A DNA stretch of 61,664 nt, counting the filler, from Asterionella formosa (Eukaryota), in assembly GCA_002256025.1 (NCBI GenBank). It is 12 parts of 12 records of this genome, joined end to end, with 100 filler letters (N's around TTAATTAATTAA, not from the genome) between each part and the next. Parts side by side here need not be neighbours in the genome. Positions count along the whole stretch, not along the records: positions 10,317 to 15,369 come from NKIB01013239.1; positions 15,470 to 20,525 come from NKIB01013240.1; positions 20,626 to 25,670 come from NKIB01013241.1; 9 more parts are not named here. One strand, written 5' to 3'. Position numbers and translations under genes: made by a program. Below the pieces are notes generated by a model, which saw only the letters and a program-made list of their open reading frames with translations, had not been told where the DNA came from and made no database searches. Within the stretch, counting starts at the first letter, position 1; each line of letters starts with the position of its first letter. Below, piece by piece: positions 12,223-23,496 of the stretch.

Positions 12223-13499
12223 TTCATTTTGACAATAAAACGAGAAACGGCTTAACGTCAATGTAAACGACTATTTAAAGAATATCGGAGTGGCGCATAA
12301 TTTAGGGGTTCGACAATTTTTGGGGTATACCCCTTCCTTTTTCTTTTACGTGAATCGATGAACAGAAAACGAGCAACCTGCATGCTATGTGCATCGATTA
12401 CCGGACCTTCCTGGAGTCGGACCTTCCTGGAGGTTTTTTTCTTGGTCCAAAAATAAATTCAGTTACATGAGAAGCATGTCTGACAAAATTACCTCAAAAT
12501 CATCCATGTGGCTGGTATCTGTGTGGGATTGCGTGAAAATGCAAAATTGACAATTGGTCAAGATGCCATCATTTCATGCCTTTCCAAGTAAATTGATCCA
12601 TCCCTGTGGGTCAGAAATCATTGTAGTATGAGTATCAAAAGGTTCACTGACTCCTTAAACGAATGACAGCTGCTGTCATGAGGCTTACAACCCAGAGATT
12701 GAGAGCTGACGACCATTGTGGTCAGTGCTCCCAGGAATGTTGATGATGCAGATACCATCGAGCCATATGCTCTTGAAAAGCAATTCAATGTCCATTCTGA
12801 AGTTGATTCAGATTATTTTTACTATAGTGAAGGTAATTATATCCTTGAAAAGGAGGCAGGAGAAGGTGAGGTGACGCCCAGAGGAGCCCCTTGAAATTGT
12901 CCAGTGTGGTACTGCTGATGATGCTGCCATTGCAGCTGGATTTGTTGATATTGATGTTGAAAATGCGCCAACACCTGAAAAGTTGATTGTCATGAGTGGG
13001 GGTATTCAGGAATTCTTTGCTAGGCCTATTGGAGACAGTTGAATACATCAAGTAGCAATCCAAGACTTTCACCATTTCCAATTTGTTTCAATTTGACTGT
13101 CATCCAGTTCTTCTTTTGAGTTCTTGCTTGCTTTAAAGATACTAAGCTGTTCATCATTAATCAAAGAATGATAGAGGGCAAGACAGTAGCCTGTGATGAG
13201 TCACTAAGCAGGGAACAAAATGGAATGATTTCTGGTCAGTTGCTCCTGACAAAGTTTTCGCCAATGCCTCATTTCCTTCTTAGTTTAGATTTTTTTCATT
13301 TTCATTTAATAGTTGAGAGTAAAGAATGTTGACATGCACACTAAATTGATGCAATATATGCTACATACTACATATGTTTCCCACCGCTAATTTCCCCATA
13401 AAAGTTATGTAAAATCTATATGTTCTTGTCGTTTGTGATCATCGACTTTGTAGTTGCTTGCTTCTTTGTTGCTTTGTTGTATTGTTGTTCACTAGTCTA

Positions 13500-14050
13500 T
13501 GTCAGGTCATAGACATATATTGCCTTGCAGTAAGTTGTATCGAAATTAAGGGTACCACAGCAGTGTGTTTTTAATCGTTTGACTGGCTTCTCCACGCTGA
13601 TGGATGGGGTCCACTTCATATGTTGTGTCAACATCCTTGGCTTCCATCCGGTCAAATTGTCGCTCTTCAAGATCTTTCCAAATCTTGAAGTATGCATATA
13701 TATATATAAATATATGTCTTGCTCACCTTGAAAAATGTCTTACTTTTTTGTTGTTAAAACTTTGTCCCTTGACATGGTGCATGATGCTCTCTCGCACCAC
13801 AGACCTGAAGTTCTTGTTACTCCCCATTTTGCTCCTCAGAGCAACCCGACGATAGAAATTCTTGGCGCGACCAGATAATTAATCAATTTCCCTTCATGAA
13901 AGTTCATAGTAACATTTATTATTTTGGTCAACAAGTACTCAAAATTTCCTTCCCATTGACTACAATAGTGTCTCTCCTTCCTCAAAATCAAAATAGTTTC
14001 CCATCAACACCTTCAAAGAAAATTCTGTGGGAGGAATCCAAATGCATCCT
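13500..14050 (-). pseudogene. Degenerate C-terminal part of an IS630/Tc1-like DDE transposase
   Basis: SLKVLMGNYFDFEEGETLL*SMGRKF*VLVDQNNKCYYELS*REID*LSGRAKNFYRR matches the same family motif seen on other contigs. Confidence 0.6.
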
Positions 14051-14708
14051 GATTTCCATTCAATGTGTAGTCCTCAAATCTCGATTAGCATCACTGTATT
14101 TAAAAGAAGGCGAGCTCGACAATTTCTAGAGCATGACGAACAAACCGAAATTCGCTACCGGTAGTACCAGTACCTGAGTACCAGAACCAGGTACAAGGTC
14201 ACCCTGTCGTAGCGCTATCACACATCTATCGCTCAGCCAGAGAACCGCATCTCATCTCGATAGCAATAAATGTCCTACTGGGGCATCTGAATCGAAACCA
14301 GCTGCTAGCACGGAAGGTCCGGAAAACGAGATATTTACCTTACCGGTAATCTTATTCTGAGTTTAAAACGTGCTTTACCGGACTTCCTGTCTTGGTTATC
14401 AAGAGCTCATATTGTTTGCTTGGCGATTAAAAAGGGATCGTTGTCTGGTAACCCCTAACTAAACTTAATCGTGGCTGTGTCCATTGAGGAGTACAGGACG
14501 GAGGGTTTTATGGAATGTACTCCGGAGTAGGTACATCATAAATTATTGCAGACTGCGAGTCTCACCCAAGAGCACAAAAATCGATATTTTATCTTTTGCA
14601 CCAATAAACTCACCTTGACACAATTTCGGCAATACAACACCTTGACACAGTTCCACATAGTTTTCACATCCTGGTACACCCAGAATGACGACAAGAAAAG
14701 TAGCAGCA

Positions 14709-15369
14709 ATGGTCGAACTCTTTTCTGTCATTCTCCTTCTCATCGCATCACCATCGCTTGCCAAGATGACTAACTTGGCCGAGCTCAATCCTTATACTAC
14801 CCGTAGTTCAACCCTTGTCCAGAACACAACTTCTTCAACCAAACCCTACCGTTGCTCCAAACATAATGCCTACTGATTCTTCTCCCAAGCAAACCAACAG
14901 TTGCTCCAACCAAAATCTCTACTGTTGCTTCTCCCAAACTTTCGGTTACTCCAACCGCAATCCCCACTGTTGCTACTCCCAAACCTACCGTTTCTCCAAC
15001 CAAGATGCCTACTATCGCTTTCCCCAAACCGACAGTTGCTCCAACCAAAATCCCAACTGTTGCTATTCCCAAACCTACCGTTGCGCCAACCTCAATCCCT
15101 AACTACTGTTGCTTCTCCCAAACCTACAGTTGCTCCAACCATAATCCCTACTCCCAAACCTACTGTTGCTCCAACTTCAATCCCTACTGTTGATTCTCCC
15201 AAACCTACAGTTGCTCCAACCACAATCCCTACTGTTGCTTCTACCAAACCTACAGTTTCTCCAACCACAATCCCTACTGTTGCTTCTCCCAAACCTACAG
15301 TTACTCCAACCACAATCCCTACTGTTGCTGCGACCAAACCCACAGTTACTCCAATCACAATCCCTACTG
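14709..15369 (+). CDS. Secreted Pro/Thr-rich mucin-like protein, 15-aa (45-bp) repeats PKPTVAPTTIPTVAS; frameshifted, 3'-truncated
   Basis: Signal peptide MVELFSVILLLIASPSLA, then repeats whose reading frame changes several times (near 14845 and 15100 among them). Could be a pseudogene or assembly indels. Confidence 0.65.
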
Positions 15370-15469
15370 NNNNNNNNNNNNNNNNNNNNNNNNNNNNNNN
15401 NNNNNNNNNNNNNTTAATTAATTAANNNNNNNNNNNNNNNNNNNNNNNNNNNNNNNNNNNNNNNNNNNN

Positions 15470-17878
15470 ATTCTGTCTGCAATGAAGACTCATTCCTCAA
15501 ATGCTACTGTGCAAGAAAAAGGTTGTGCAGCACTTTGGAACTTGGCTTCGAATAATGACAAGAACCAGGTGACGATTGCTGAAGCAGGAGGTATCACTAC
15601 GATTCTGTCTGCAATGAAGACTCATTCCTCAAATGCTACTGTGCAAGAAAATGGTTGTGGAGCACTTTGGTGCTTAGCTACGAATAATGACAAGAACAGA
15701 GTGACGATTGCTGAAGCAGGAGGTATCACTACGATTCTGTCTGCAATGAAGACTCATTCCTCAAATGCTACTGTGCAAGAAAAAGGTTGTGCAGCACTTT
15801 GGAACTTGGCTTCGAATAATGACAAGAACCAGGTGACGATTGCTGAAGCAGGAGGTATCAATACGATTCTGTCTGCAATGAAGACTCATTCCTCAAATGC
15901 TAATGTACAATACACGGGTTGTTCAGCATTTAGGAACTTGGCTTTGAAAGACAAGAACAAGGTGACAATTGCTGATGAAGGAGGTATTCCTACAATTCTG
16001 TCTGCGATGAGGACTCATTCCTCCAATGCTACTGTGCAAGAGCATGGTTGTGGAGCACTACAGAACCTGGCTGTGAATAATGACAACAACAGGGCGACGA
16101 TATCCAATGCTGGTGGAAAAGCCGTAATTGAGTCTTCTATGCGAAATCACCCATCCAATGCTGGTATTCAAGAATATGGTAATGGAGCACTTACCATATT
16201 GACCCAACATTGGACTAAGAGCGAAACAGAATTGGAAAGATATGTCAAACAGTTGAAAGCGAATGATCCAAGTTTGACTGAACTTGATCTCTTGAGTAAT
16301 TCAATTGGTGATGACGGAGCCAAGGCCATTGCAGAGTCTCTCAAGGTCAATACTGTCTTGAATACACTTGATCTCAGATGTAATTCAATTGGTGATGACG
16401 GAGCCAAGGCCATTGCAGAGGCTCTCAAGGTCAATACTGTCTTGACTGAACTTCATCTCGGACGTAATGAAATTGGTGATGACGGAGCCAAGGCCATTGC
16501 AGAGGCTCTCACGGTCAATACTGTCTTGACTACACTTGATCTCGGACATAATGAAATTGGTGATGACGGAGCCAAGGCCATTGCAGAGGCTCTCAAGGTC
16601 AATACTGTGTTGACTAAACTTGATCTATATGGTAATTCAATTGGTGACGATTTACTGAATCATATAATCAAACTCATTGATGCAAACAAGAACCGCAAAC
16701 CAACAGTAGCCAACACAACTCAGCATTCACCATCAACAACGACAACAAATGCAGCACATTCTTCTTCCTCAGCATTTCTAACATCAAGCAGTAACATTCC
16801 CACTGATCCCATTGTCGAAGATAGGTTTTTAACTAATCAACAACAGGAAGGCACCAATACAAAAGGAGACAATGAGCACATTGTACATGAGAATCTAGTC
16901 AAGCTAATGTCAAAGACGCAAGAAGACAATGAACGTATTAAGATTCTCATTGAATCTTTTGAAGACAAGAAGTCAAATCAAGCATCTAGTTTTCAACTCA
17001 CAACCAAGCATCAGGAAATATTGAAAATATTACTTGAAAAAACAAGCCAGGATTCTGACGATCAGGAGGAACAAAAGGCAATCCTTTCTTGTAAGAAATA
17101 CAGTGAGTTCTATCTAGAACTTTTTGGCAAACTAAACTGTATGATTGGAGCTTGTGAGGATCTTTCCTCAGACATGGTGACAGGAAAGAAAAAAGGTTCT
17201 TTACGCTCATATATCACCAACCTTTTTCTTAGCAATGGTGGAGTTGAGCTGATCAAGAATACCAAAATTGGTGCACTAGTTGCTTATGCCATCGGAGTTG
17301 TTAAGAATGAAATACGATTACCTGGTGCGCATACAATTGGTTCTTTCTTTCAGATGATTGTTCAACTCAAAGAGAATCGAGATCGCTGGCTGGGTGTTGC
17401 TAATGTTGCAGATTTTGCCACTATAGCTTCCCTGAAGAGAAACAATTATGTATCATACAAGTATGATGTGGAGTGCTTTGCTAGAATAATGGTACGGGCA
17501 TTGCATGCTGACCAAACATTTGGCACCATTGATGACAAGTTTGGGAAATTCAAGACATTCATGCTGCTGTTGCTGGCTGAGAAAGCAAACACACCGGCAA
17601 GGGACAAAGGATGTGCAGTTGCCGACTGTGCTCTTGCTCACATAATGAGGCCTGGAGTAGATTCTCCTCTCTACAATCTTTTTGATAGTTTCAATTTCGA
17701 GATAAACCTGCATGAGTGTCTTGCTGCAAATACCTTAAACATGACCACTGATGAAGTTAAGAAACTACCAAAGATTCAACTTCCGAATACAGTCACTACC
17801 ATGAATGCAAATAATGGTTTTGTTTTGAATCAAGACATCAAATACTGCGTACTCTTGCTGCAGAAGTGGAGAGATTGA
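15470..17878 (+). CDS. Armadillo-repeat + RI-like LRR protein with unknown C-terminal domain; 5'-truncated
   Basis: 798-aa ORF. ARM units of 43-44 aa start at 15482, 15614, 15746, 15878, 16007 and 16139. Five 28-aa LRRs (LxLxxNxIGDDGAKAIAEALKVN) span ~16270-16660. Confidence 0.9.
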   Translation: MLSAMKTHSSNATVQEKGCAALWNLASNNDKNQVTIAEAGGITTILSAMKTHSSNATVQENGCGALWCLATNNDKNRVTIAEAGGITTILSAMKTHSSNATVQEKGCAALWNLASNNDKNQVTIAEAGGINTILSAMKTHSSNANVQYTGCSAFRNLALKDKNKVTIADEGGIPTILSAMRTHSSNATVQEHGCGALQNLAVNNDNNRATISNAGGKAVIESSMRNHPSNAGIQEYGNGALTILTQHWTKSETELERYVKQLKANDPSLTELDLLSNSIGDDGAKAIAESLKVNTVLNTLDLRCNSIGDDGAKAIAEALKVNTVLTELHLGRNEIGDDGAKAIAEALTVNTVLTTLDLGHNEIGDDGAKAIAEALKVNTVLTKLDLYGNSIGDDLLNHIIKLIDANKNRKPTVANTTQHSPSTTTTNAAHSSSSAFLTSSSNIPTDPIVEDRFLTNQQQEGTNTKGDNEHIVHENLVKLMSKTQEDNERIKILIESFEDKKSNQASSFQLTTKHQEILKILLEKTSQDSDDQEEQKAILSCKKYSEFYLELFGKLNCMIGACEDLSSDMVTGKKKGSLRSYITNLFLSNGGVELIKNTKIGALVAYAIGVVKNEIRLPGAHTIGSFFQMIVQLKENRDRWLGVANVADFATIASLKRNNYVSYKYDVECFARIMVRALHADQTFGTIDDKFGKFKTFMLLLLAEKANTPARDKGCAVADCALAHIMRPGVDSPLYNLFDSFNFEINLHECLAANTLNMTTDEVKKLPKIQLPNTVTTMNANNGFVLNQDIKYCVLLLQKWRD

Positions 17879-18243
17879 AAGTTTCCCATGCTGAAGAAGT
17901 GCAGAGATTGAAAGATTCTCTAAAGCAATACTCCCAGAGGTTGAATGAGTTGAAAAATGAGTTGAATGATTCTCTTGCAGATAGAGCCAAACTTAAGGAG
18001 GAATTAGATGCGGTGAAAAAAGATTTGGCCAAGATGAAGGCCCCTCCTCAAAGCGATGGTGGTCTAATATATGCAGATCATCGTGAAGCTTACAAGGATG
18101 AAGTTTGTAGGATTACTCAGGACATGTATGAGCTGAAGGACCAATCAACATTGCATTGTGAAGAAATTTCCGCACTTAAGAATATGATAGCAAACCAGCA
18201 GGAAGATGATGGCACAAAGATGAAAAAACAGCCAAAACGGTAA
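17839..18243 (+). CDS. Coiled-coil C-terminal continuation of the ARM-LRR gene after a frameshift
   Basis: The alternative frame reads QILRTLAAEVERLKVSHAEEVQRLKDSLK..., a heptad-rich sequence overlapping the end of the upstream ORF. Confidence 0.55.
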   Translation, partial: QILRTLAAEVERLKVSHAEEVQRLKDSLKQYSQRLNELKNELNDSLADRAKLKEELDAVKKDLAKMKAPPQSDGGLIYADHREAYKDEVCRITQDMYELKDQSTLHCEEISALKNMIANQQEDDGTKMKKQPKR

Positions 18244-18350
18244 ATACTTCGGAGGAAGAACATTAAGTGATATGTTATCTGTTTTCTTGATGTAGTCATG
18301 ATAAAAATTGATTAAGATATAACTGCATTGATATTACATGCCTCATTGAA

Positions 18351-18400
18351 AGTAGTAGTAGTAGTTGTTGTTGTTGTTGTTGTTGTTGTTGCTGTAGTAG
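18351..18400 (+). repeat. (GTA)n(GTT)n microsatellite
   Basis: Seen directly in the sequence. Confidence 0.9.
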
Positions 18401-18795
18401 CAACAGCTTTCTCCCTTCCGGCATGTTGCAATGTCATTTCTCGTCGAGTAGTACCCTTTTGTTCACCATGATCATGAACATGAACATGACGACTACGGCG
18501 TATTTTTGCTCCTTCTTCATGTTTTACTGCAGCATCAGCAGGAGTTGTATCATGAATGATGCCTCCTTTACGTGTATGCTGGTGGGTCGAGCCAAGACGG
18601 ATGTGATGTTCACTTTCCTGTCTCAATAGCCGGAATCGCTCATCCTTCACTCCAAAAAGTCGTCTTGTTCTTCAGTGTCAGTGTCAATAGCTACCAGTAG
18701 TGCATCCCCCAGTATCCTTCGAAGAAACAGGACTTTATCTTTATGGAACGCAAAAAGATGGAAAACAACAGCGAGTCGGTTTTAAATGCGATCGC

Positions 18796-19800
18796 ATGAA
18801 TAGTACCCAACAAGGTCCTACTGCTCCAGCGACTCAAATGCCTCAGCAGTCTCCTTCTTTGCCAGCAACACAATCTCAGCCTTCAACCCAAATTCAAACC
18901 ATTTCAATTCCGTCTCCGATTGCTAAAATTCTTTCAAAGATGAAAAAGAATGAACGGAATGCTGACATTCAAGAAGAAGGTCTCATGGAGCTTCGGAACT
19001 TGGCTGCGAATGATGAAAACCACAGGGTCACGATTGCTGAAGCAGGAGGTATCACAACGATTCTGTTTGCGATGAAGACTCATTCCTCAAATGCTACTGT
19101 GCAACGATATGGTTGTGGAGCACTTAGGAACTTGGCTGTGAATGACAACAATGAGGTGACGATTGCTGAAGCAGGAGGTAGTACTACGATTCTGTCTGCA
19201 ATGAAGACTCATTCCTCCAATGCTAGTGTGCAATACTATAGTTGTGGAGCACTTCAGAACTTGGCTTGGAATAATGACAAGAACCAGGTGAAGATTGCTG
19301 AAGCAGGAGGTATCACTACGATTCTGTCTGCAATGAAGACTCATTCCTCCAATGCTACTGTGCAAGAAAATGGTTGTGGAGCACTTGCGAACTTGGCTTT
19401 GAATGAAAACAACAGGGTGACGATTGCTGAAGCAGGAGGTATCATTAAGATTCTGTCTGCAATGAAGACTCATTCCTCCAATGCTACTGTGCAAGAAAAT
19501 GGTTGTGGAGCACTTAGGAACTTGGCTTTTAATGAAAACAACAAGGTGACGATTGCTGCAGCAGGAGGTATCACTACGATTCTGTCTGCAATGAAGACTC
19601 ATTCCTCCAATGCTACTGTGCAAGAAAAAGGTTGTGGAGCACTTGCGAACTTGGCTTTGAATGAAAACAACAGAGTGAAGATATCCAATGCTGGTGGAAA
19701 AGCCGCAATTGAGTCTGCTTTGCGAAATCACACATCGAATGCTGGTGTTCAAGAAAAAGGTAATGGAGCACTTCGCAATTTGAACCTCCATGGGAAATGA
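18796..19800 (+). CDS. Armadillo-repeat-only protein, paralogous to the upstream gene
   Basis: First ATG at 18796 (the ORF track starts at GTG 18700). ARM units at 19072, 19201, 19333, 19462, 19591 and 19720 share nucleotide sequence with the upstream gene. Confidence 0.88.
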   Translation: MNSTQQGPTAPATQMPQQSPSLPATQSQPSTQIQTISIPSPIAKILSKMKKNERNADIQEEGLMELRNLAANDENHRVTIAEAGGITTILFAMKTHSSNATVQRYGCGALRNLAVNDNNEVTIAEAGGSTTILSAMKTHSSNASVQYYSCGALQNLAWNNDKNQVKIAEAGGITTILSAMKTHSSNATVQENGCGALANLALNENNRVTIAEAGGIIKILSAMKTHSSNATVQENGCGALRNLAFNENNKVTIAAAGGITTILSAMKTHSSNATVQEKGCGALANLALNENNRVKISNAGGKAAIESALRNHTSNAGVQEKGNGALRNLNLHGK

Positions 19801-20373
19801 TCATCATGGTTATATTTAGGAGGATCATTTAGTTTATATTATTATAATTACGGAACTGTTATGTTTTGATTATCAATCAGGGTACGTTTTTGTTAAACTG
19901 TTAGTTGGAATTTACGTTCATGCTCTTCTTTATGGATGTTTCTCTGATTATGATACATACATGGTGAGCAATGCTCGTTTTGTAAACTCGTTCATTTTGG
20001 ATACAGAAGGATCCATCAACATGGACGTGGAGATTGAGATGAATTGCACACCGTCACCATCTGGGGATAGCCGGAATGAAACAAGTCCATATATAATGTA
20101 TGCCCAACAGCAATAAATCAGACATGATTCCTCGCAGACAGTGATGAGTGAGTACCTTGTACTGTACCAGTTGTATCTCCGTCGTCTTCGTCTACAGGTA
20201 GCAGTATGCTGTCTGTCATTAATCCAAATATTCAAGCAGTACTGTCACATGCAGAGCCTATTGAGGACAATACAGAGGAGGGACTGGACGGCCCTGTACA
20301 GGCGTTCTACGACGCTGTAATTCGAAGATACAGAGCGCAGTTGTGCACTTGAATGATCACCCCTCGACCCTCA

Positions 20374-20462
20374 GTCTACATGATGTCAAGGCGAGATAAT
20401 TGTGGAGTTCATCATCTTTGCTGGCTTCCATTAAAAGATCAACAGAGGGAAAGCGACGGTAC
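20374..20462 (+). repeat. Dispersed copy homologous to the minus strand of 6819-6721
   Basis: tcgaccctcagt(c/a)tacatgatgtcaaggcgagat...cagagggaaagcgacggtac is shared. Confidence 0.85.
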
Positions 20463-21345
20463 CTTGTCCACCGAAAATTCAATTGAGCAGAAACCAGACC
20501 AACGAATCTTGGAAGTTGCATCTTGNNNNNNNNNNNNNNNNNNNNNNNNNNNNNNNNNNNNNNNNNNNNTTAATTAATTAANNNNNNNNNNNNNNNNNNN
20601 NNNNNNNNNNNNNNNNNNNNNNNNNTGAAGTCATGGATGCAGGTACTATCAGTGCCAACAAATGTGTTACCGGCATTCATTGGGAGTTGATACCAAAGAA
20701 TAATTTGAAAGCGGAAAATATAATAATTGAATCGATATTGGGAACTCTTAATTTAGTTATGTGTTGAAACCAGCATAATATAGCCGCAAAGCAGCATAAT
20801 TTCTTCATCACACTGTAGCAACGGCTAGTTGGTAAGAAAGTATTGTTGCGAGCACACATAATTATTGGTTTGATCACATAATTATTCGATAAGTGAAGTA
20901 AATTTTGTTTGAGAACACATAAATTTTGGTTTGACCCAAATAAATTCCAAAAAAGTAGCATAAGTTTTTAGAAAAGTAGCATAAATACGTCACTTTAGAC
21001 ATAAATTCGAAAAAGTGCCGTAAATGGCATCTTAGATGTGGTTCAGGTGTTTTGGTGAAATGCCTCTATACAAACCATGGAGGAGTTGGCAAACGGTATG
21101 GAGGGTGGGAAACAAAGGGTTATGCAAGGTTCAATACAATTTATGATTAAGTCGAGCACCTACGTAAGTCTGCAAACAGCATTGCTTTGGAATCTATGTT
21201 CATGAATATGCAAAAGAAGGATACAAATGTGACCAAAATGGGAGGTAAGAAATGAATTGTTATTATTAATATTAATATTATTCTCATTTACTAGCTAACA
21301 CTAGTAATGTAATCATAATTCTAATGCGGGTAAGTTCTTGTTTAT

Positions 21346-22056
21346 ATGCCACCAGTGATTACTAGGGTACAAAACGACCTGGAGAAGGCAAAAACTCCAA
21401 GTACCGCTTGTATCCCTCCCACAGCCTCTTCAATTAGCGATCTTTTGGGCACTTCACCAGCAACTGAAAGAAGCAGCATTCCCTTAAGAAATCCAATTCG
21501 TGTTGATGGTTCTTTCCCACGGCCACCCAATGTGGCCTCGCTCCCAACAATGGAAGGAAATGTGACACCATCAGAAAATGAACTTTATGGAAAGTCAGGA
21601 AGTTCTATTAAAAGCTTATCGAATCGCTCAAAAAGTTCGACTAAAACACCCACTACTTTGAACCAGGTGCAAGTTACCTGGAATTCATCGTTGGACAAGG
21701 ATTTCATGAATTGTAAGCGCCAAGGAATGGCTATTCTGGTTATGGAAGCCATGACAAAACTTATGAAACGTGATTACCTGACAGTTCCCGAAGAACACCA
21801 AGATATGTTAAAGGCAAACAACAACTATAAAGCATTCTACCAGATGACTATGGAGGATCTCCATGACAGTGACATTCCCGAGCATAGGCGACTCAATAAA
21901 AAAAGATTCAAGATATATTTCATTGAGTGCTATGCTGAGACATCAGGCAATTTCTCTGCTTTCAATATAAGGGAACGAGCTTGCCATACTGAGGAGCTGA
22001 ACAGAAGATATGCTGCTGCAAGAGAAGAAAACGTTCATCTACCTTACTACGGGTAG
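21346..22056 (+). CDS. Hypothetical protein (Ser/Pro/Thr-rich N-terminus), possibly TE-associated
   Basis: 236-aa ATG-initiated ORF with no recognised domain. Confidence 0.45.
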   Translation: MPPVITRVQNDLEKAKTPSTACIPPTASSISDLLGTSPATERSSIPLRNPIRVDGSFPRPPNVASLPTMEGNVTPSENELYGKSGSSIKSLSNRSKSSTKTPTTLNQVQVTWNSSLDKDFMNCKRQGMAILVMEAMTKLMKRDYLTVPEEHQDMLKANNNYKAFYQMTMEDLHDSDIPEHRRLNKKRFKIYFIECYAETSGNFSAFNIRERACHTEELNRRYAAAREENVHLPYYG

Positions 22057-22819
22057 TAGTGTTCGGAGAAATATGATGCAGTGTGAAGGAGAAATGGAAG
22101 AGATCTAACCGTAACACATATACCTCGCTGTTAGTAAATGATAACCAATTTCGTATCTATGAAACAATGCATTTGCAGAGGATGTTATTTCTATATATCT
22201 CCAACGTCTGCGCGTCCTGCCAATATCTACTCATTACCTCAATCGTTTCGACTGGTGGCATCGAGTAAAACATATGCGAGAATGTGTGGATCGATGGGAT
22301 ATTGATCACAAACAGGAAGAAACATTATTTTCGTGAGCGGTACTAGCTAGTACTATACTACTAGTACATCTAGTAGTTGCTCGTTGCCTGTATTTTTCTA
22401 GGCAAAAACTGATCAGCTTTCACCTTCTATCACTTAATTGCATCATTGAATGAAAATCAAGGAGTGTCTACTGTACTGATGTGGTACATATATATAAAAT
22501 ATGTATCATAAAAAGGCACAATGGCTGATAGTCAGCTAGTAGTAGGAGTAACAATATGCTATTCTAACAATTCACGCTTGTAGATACAGAATTTGGACCG
22601 GACGAAACATTTAGCAAGACCGCGCCGGTGTTTTTCTGGTAGAATGTACGTTGTTGTGGTACAACGAGAGAATCCAGGCCGCGCCAGGAGTTTGCCACAC
22701 AGCAGGCTCCACAAACACAAAAATTAGCATGGTGAAAAAGTAACCAATCAATGCGGCCAACAGTCAATCACCCCCTACTGGCTCTTCAGCAGCTAGATTA
22801 ATATGTATTTTTGTGTATC

Positions 22820-23422
22820 TAAATGCTAGTATGGCTTGTCAGCTCACGCATTGTTGTTGTCAACAGGGAAAATGAGGTCCAGAATGAAAATTGTTCAGGT
22901 AAGATTAACGCTACTGATAACTCACACTGATCTTCCTCTACATTCAATTGACATTGCAGCAAACCCTTTCAATTCAGGAGCATTCGGATGAAATCCAGGA
23001 TTGAGTATTGTTGCTTTCTGATTCTGTGTTAATGTCATATGATAACAGGGCTCCGTAAATCATGAGTTGTTAGTGTGTTTTGACATGCTGTTTGTCATGC
23101 TGCCTGCTGCTGTATTTCTACTGAATTATTGAACGACTATGCGAAACTTTATGTGCCAGCAGCCACCTCGACTCAAATAAAAGAACTCTGCAATACAGTT
23201 GAATGGTGAGTGTGTTTTTGTTGCGTACCTAAATGCTAGTATGGCTTGTCAGCTCACGCATTGTTGTTGACAACAGGGACAATGAGGTCCGCAATGAAAG
23301 TTGTTCTGGTAAGATTACTGCGCTATTTTGACGGCTATATGAGCAACGCTACTGATAACTCACACTGATCTTCCTCTACATTCAATTGACATTGCAGCAA
23401 AACCTTTCAGTGCAGGAGCATT
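22820..23422 (+). repeat. Direct repeat pair (22820-22985 and 23230-23422)
   Basis: taaatgctagtatggcttgtcagctcacgc...caggagcatt occurs twice. The second copy has an extra ~27 bp. Confidence 0.9.
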
Positions 23423-23496
23423 TGCATGCCATTCCAAATGAGCAGGCTTTATTTCATTGATGAAACTCTTTCATTTAGGTGAATTACTACCTACAG

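Noticed and set aside
19087..19791. 234-aa antisense ORF (also 16168-16434, 15092-15358, 35531-36022, 58355-58891)
   Set aside because: These are shadows of repetitive or real coding sequence on the opposite strand.
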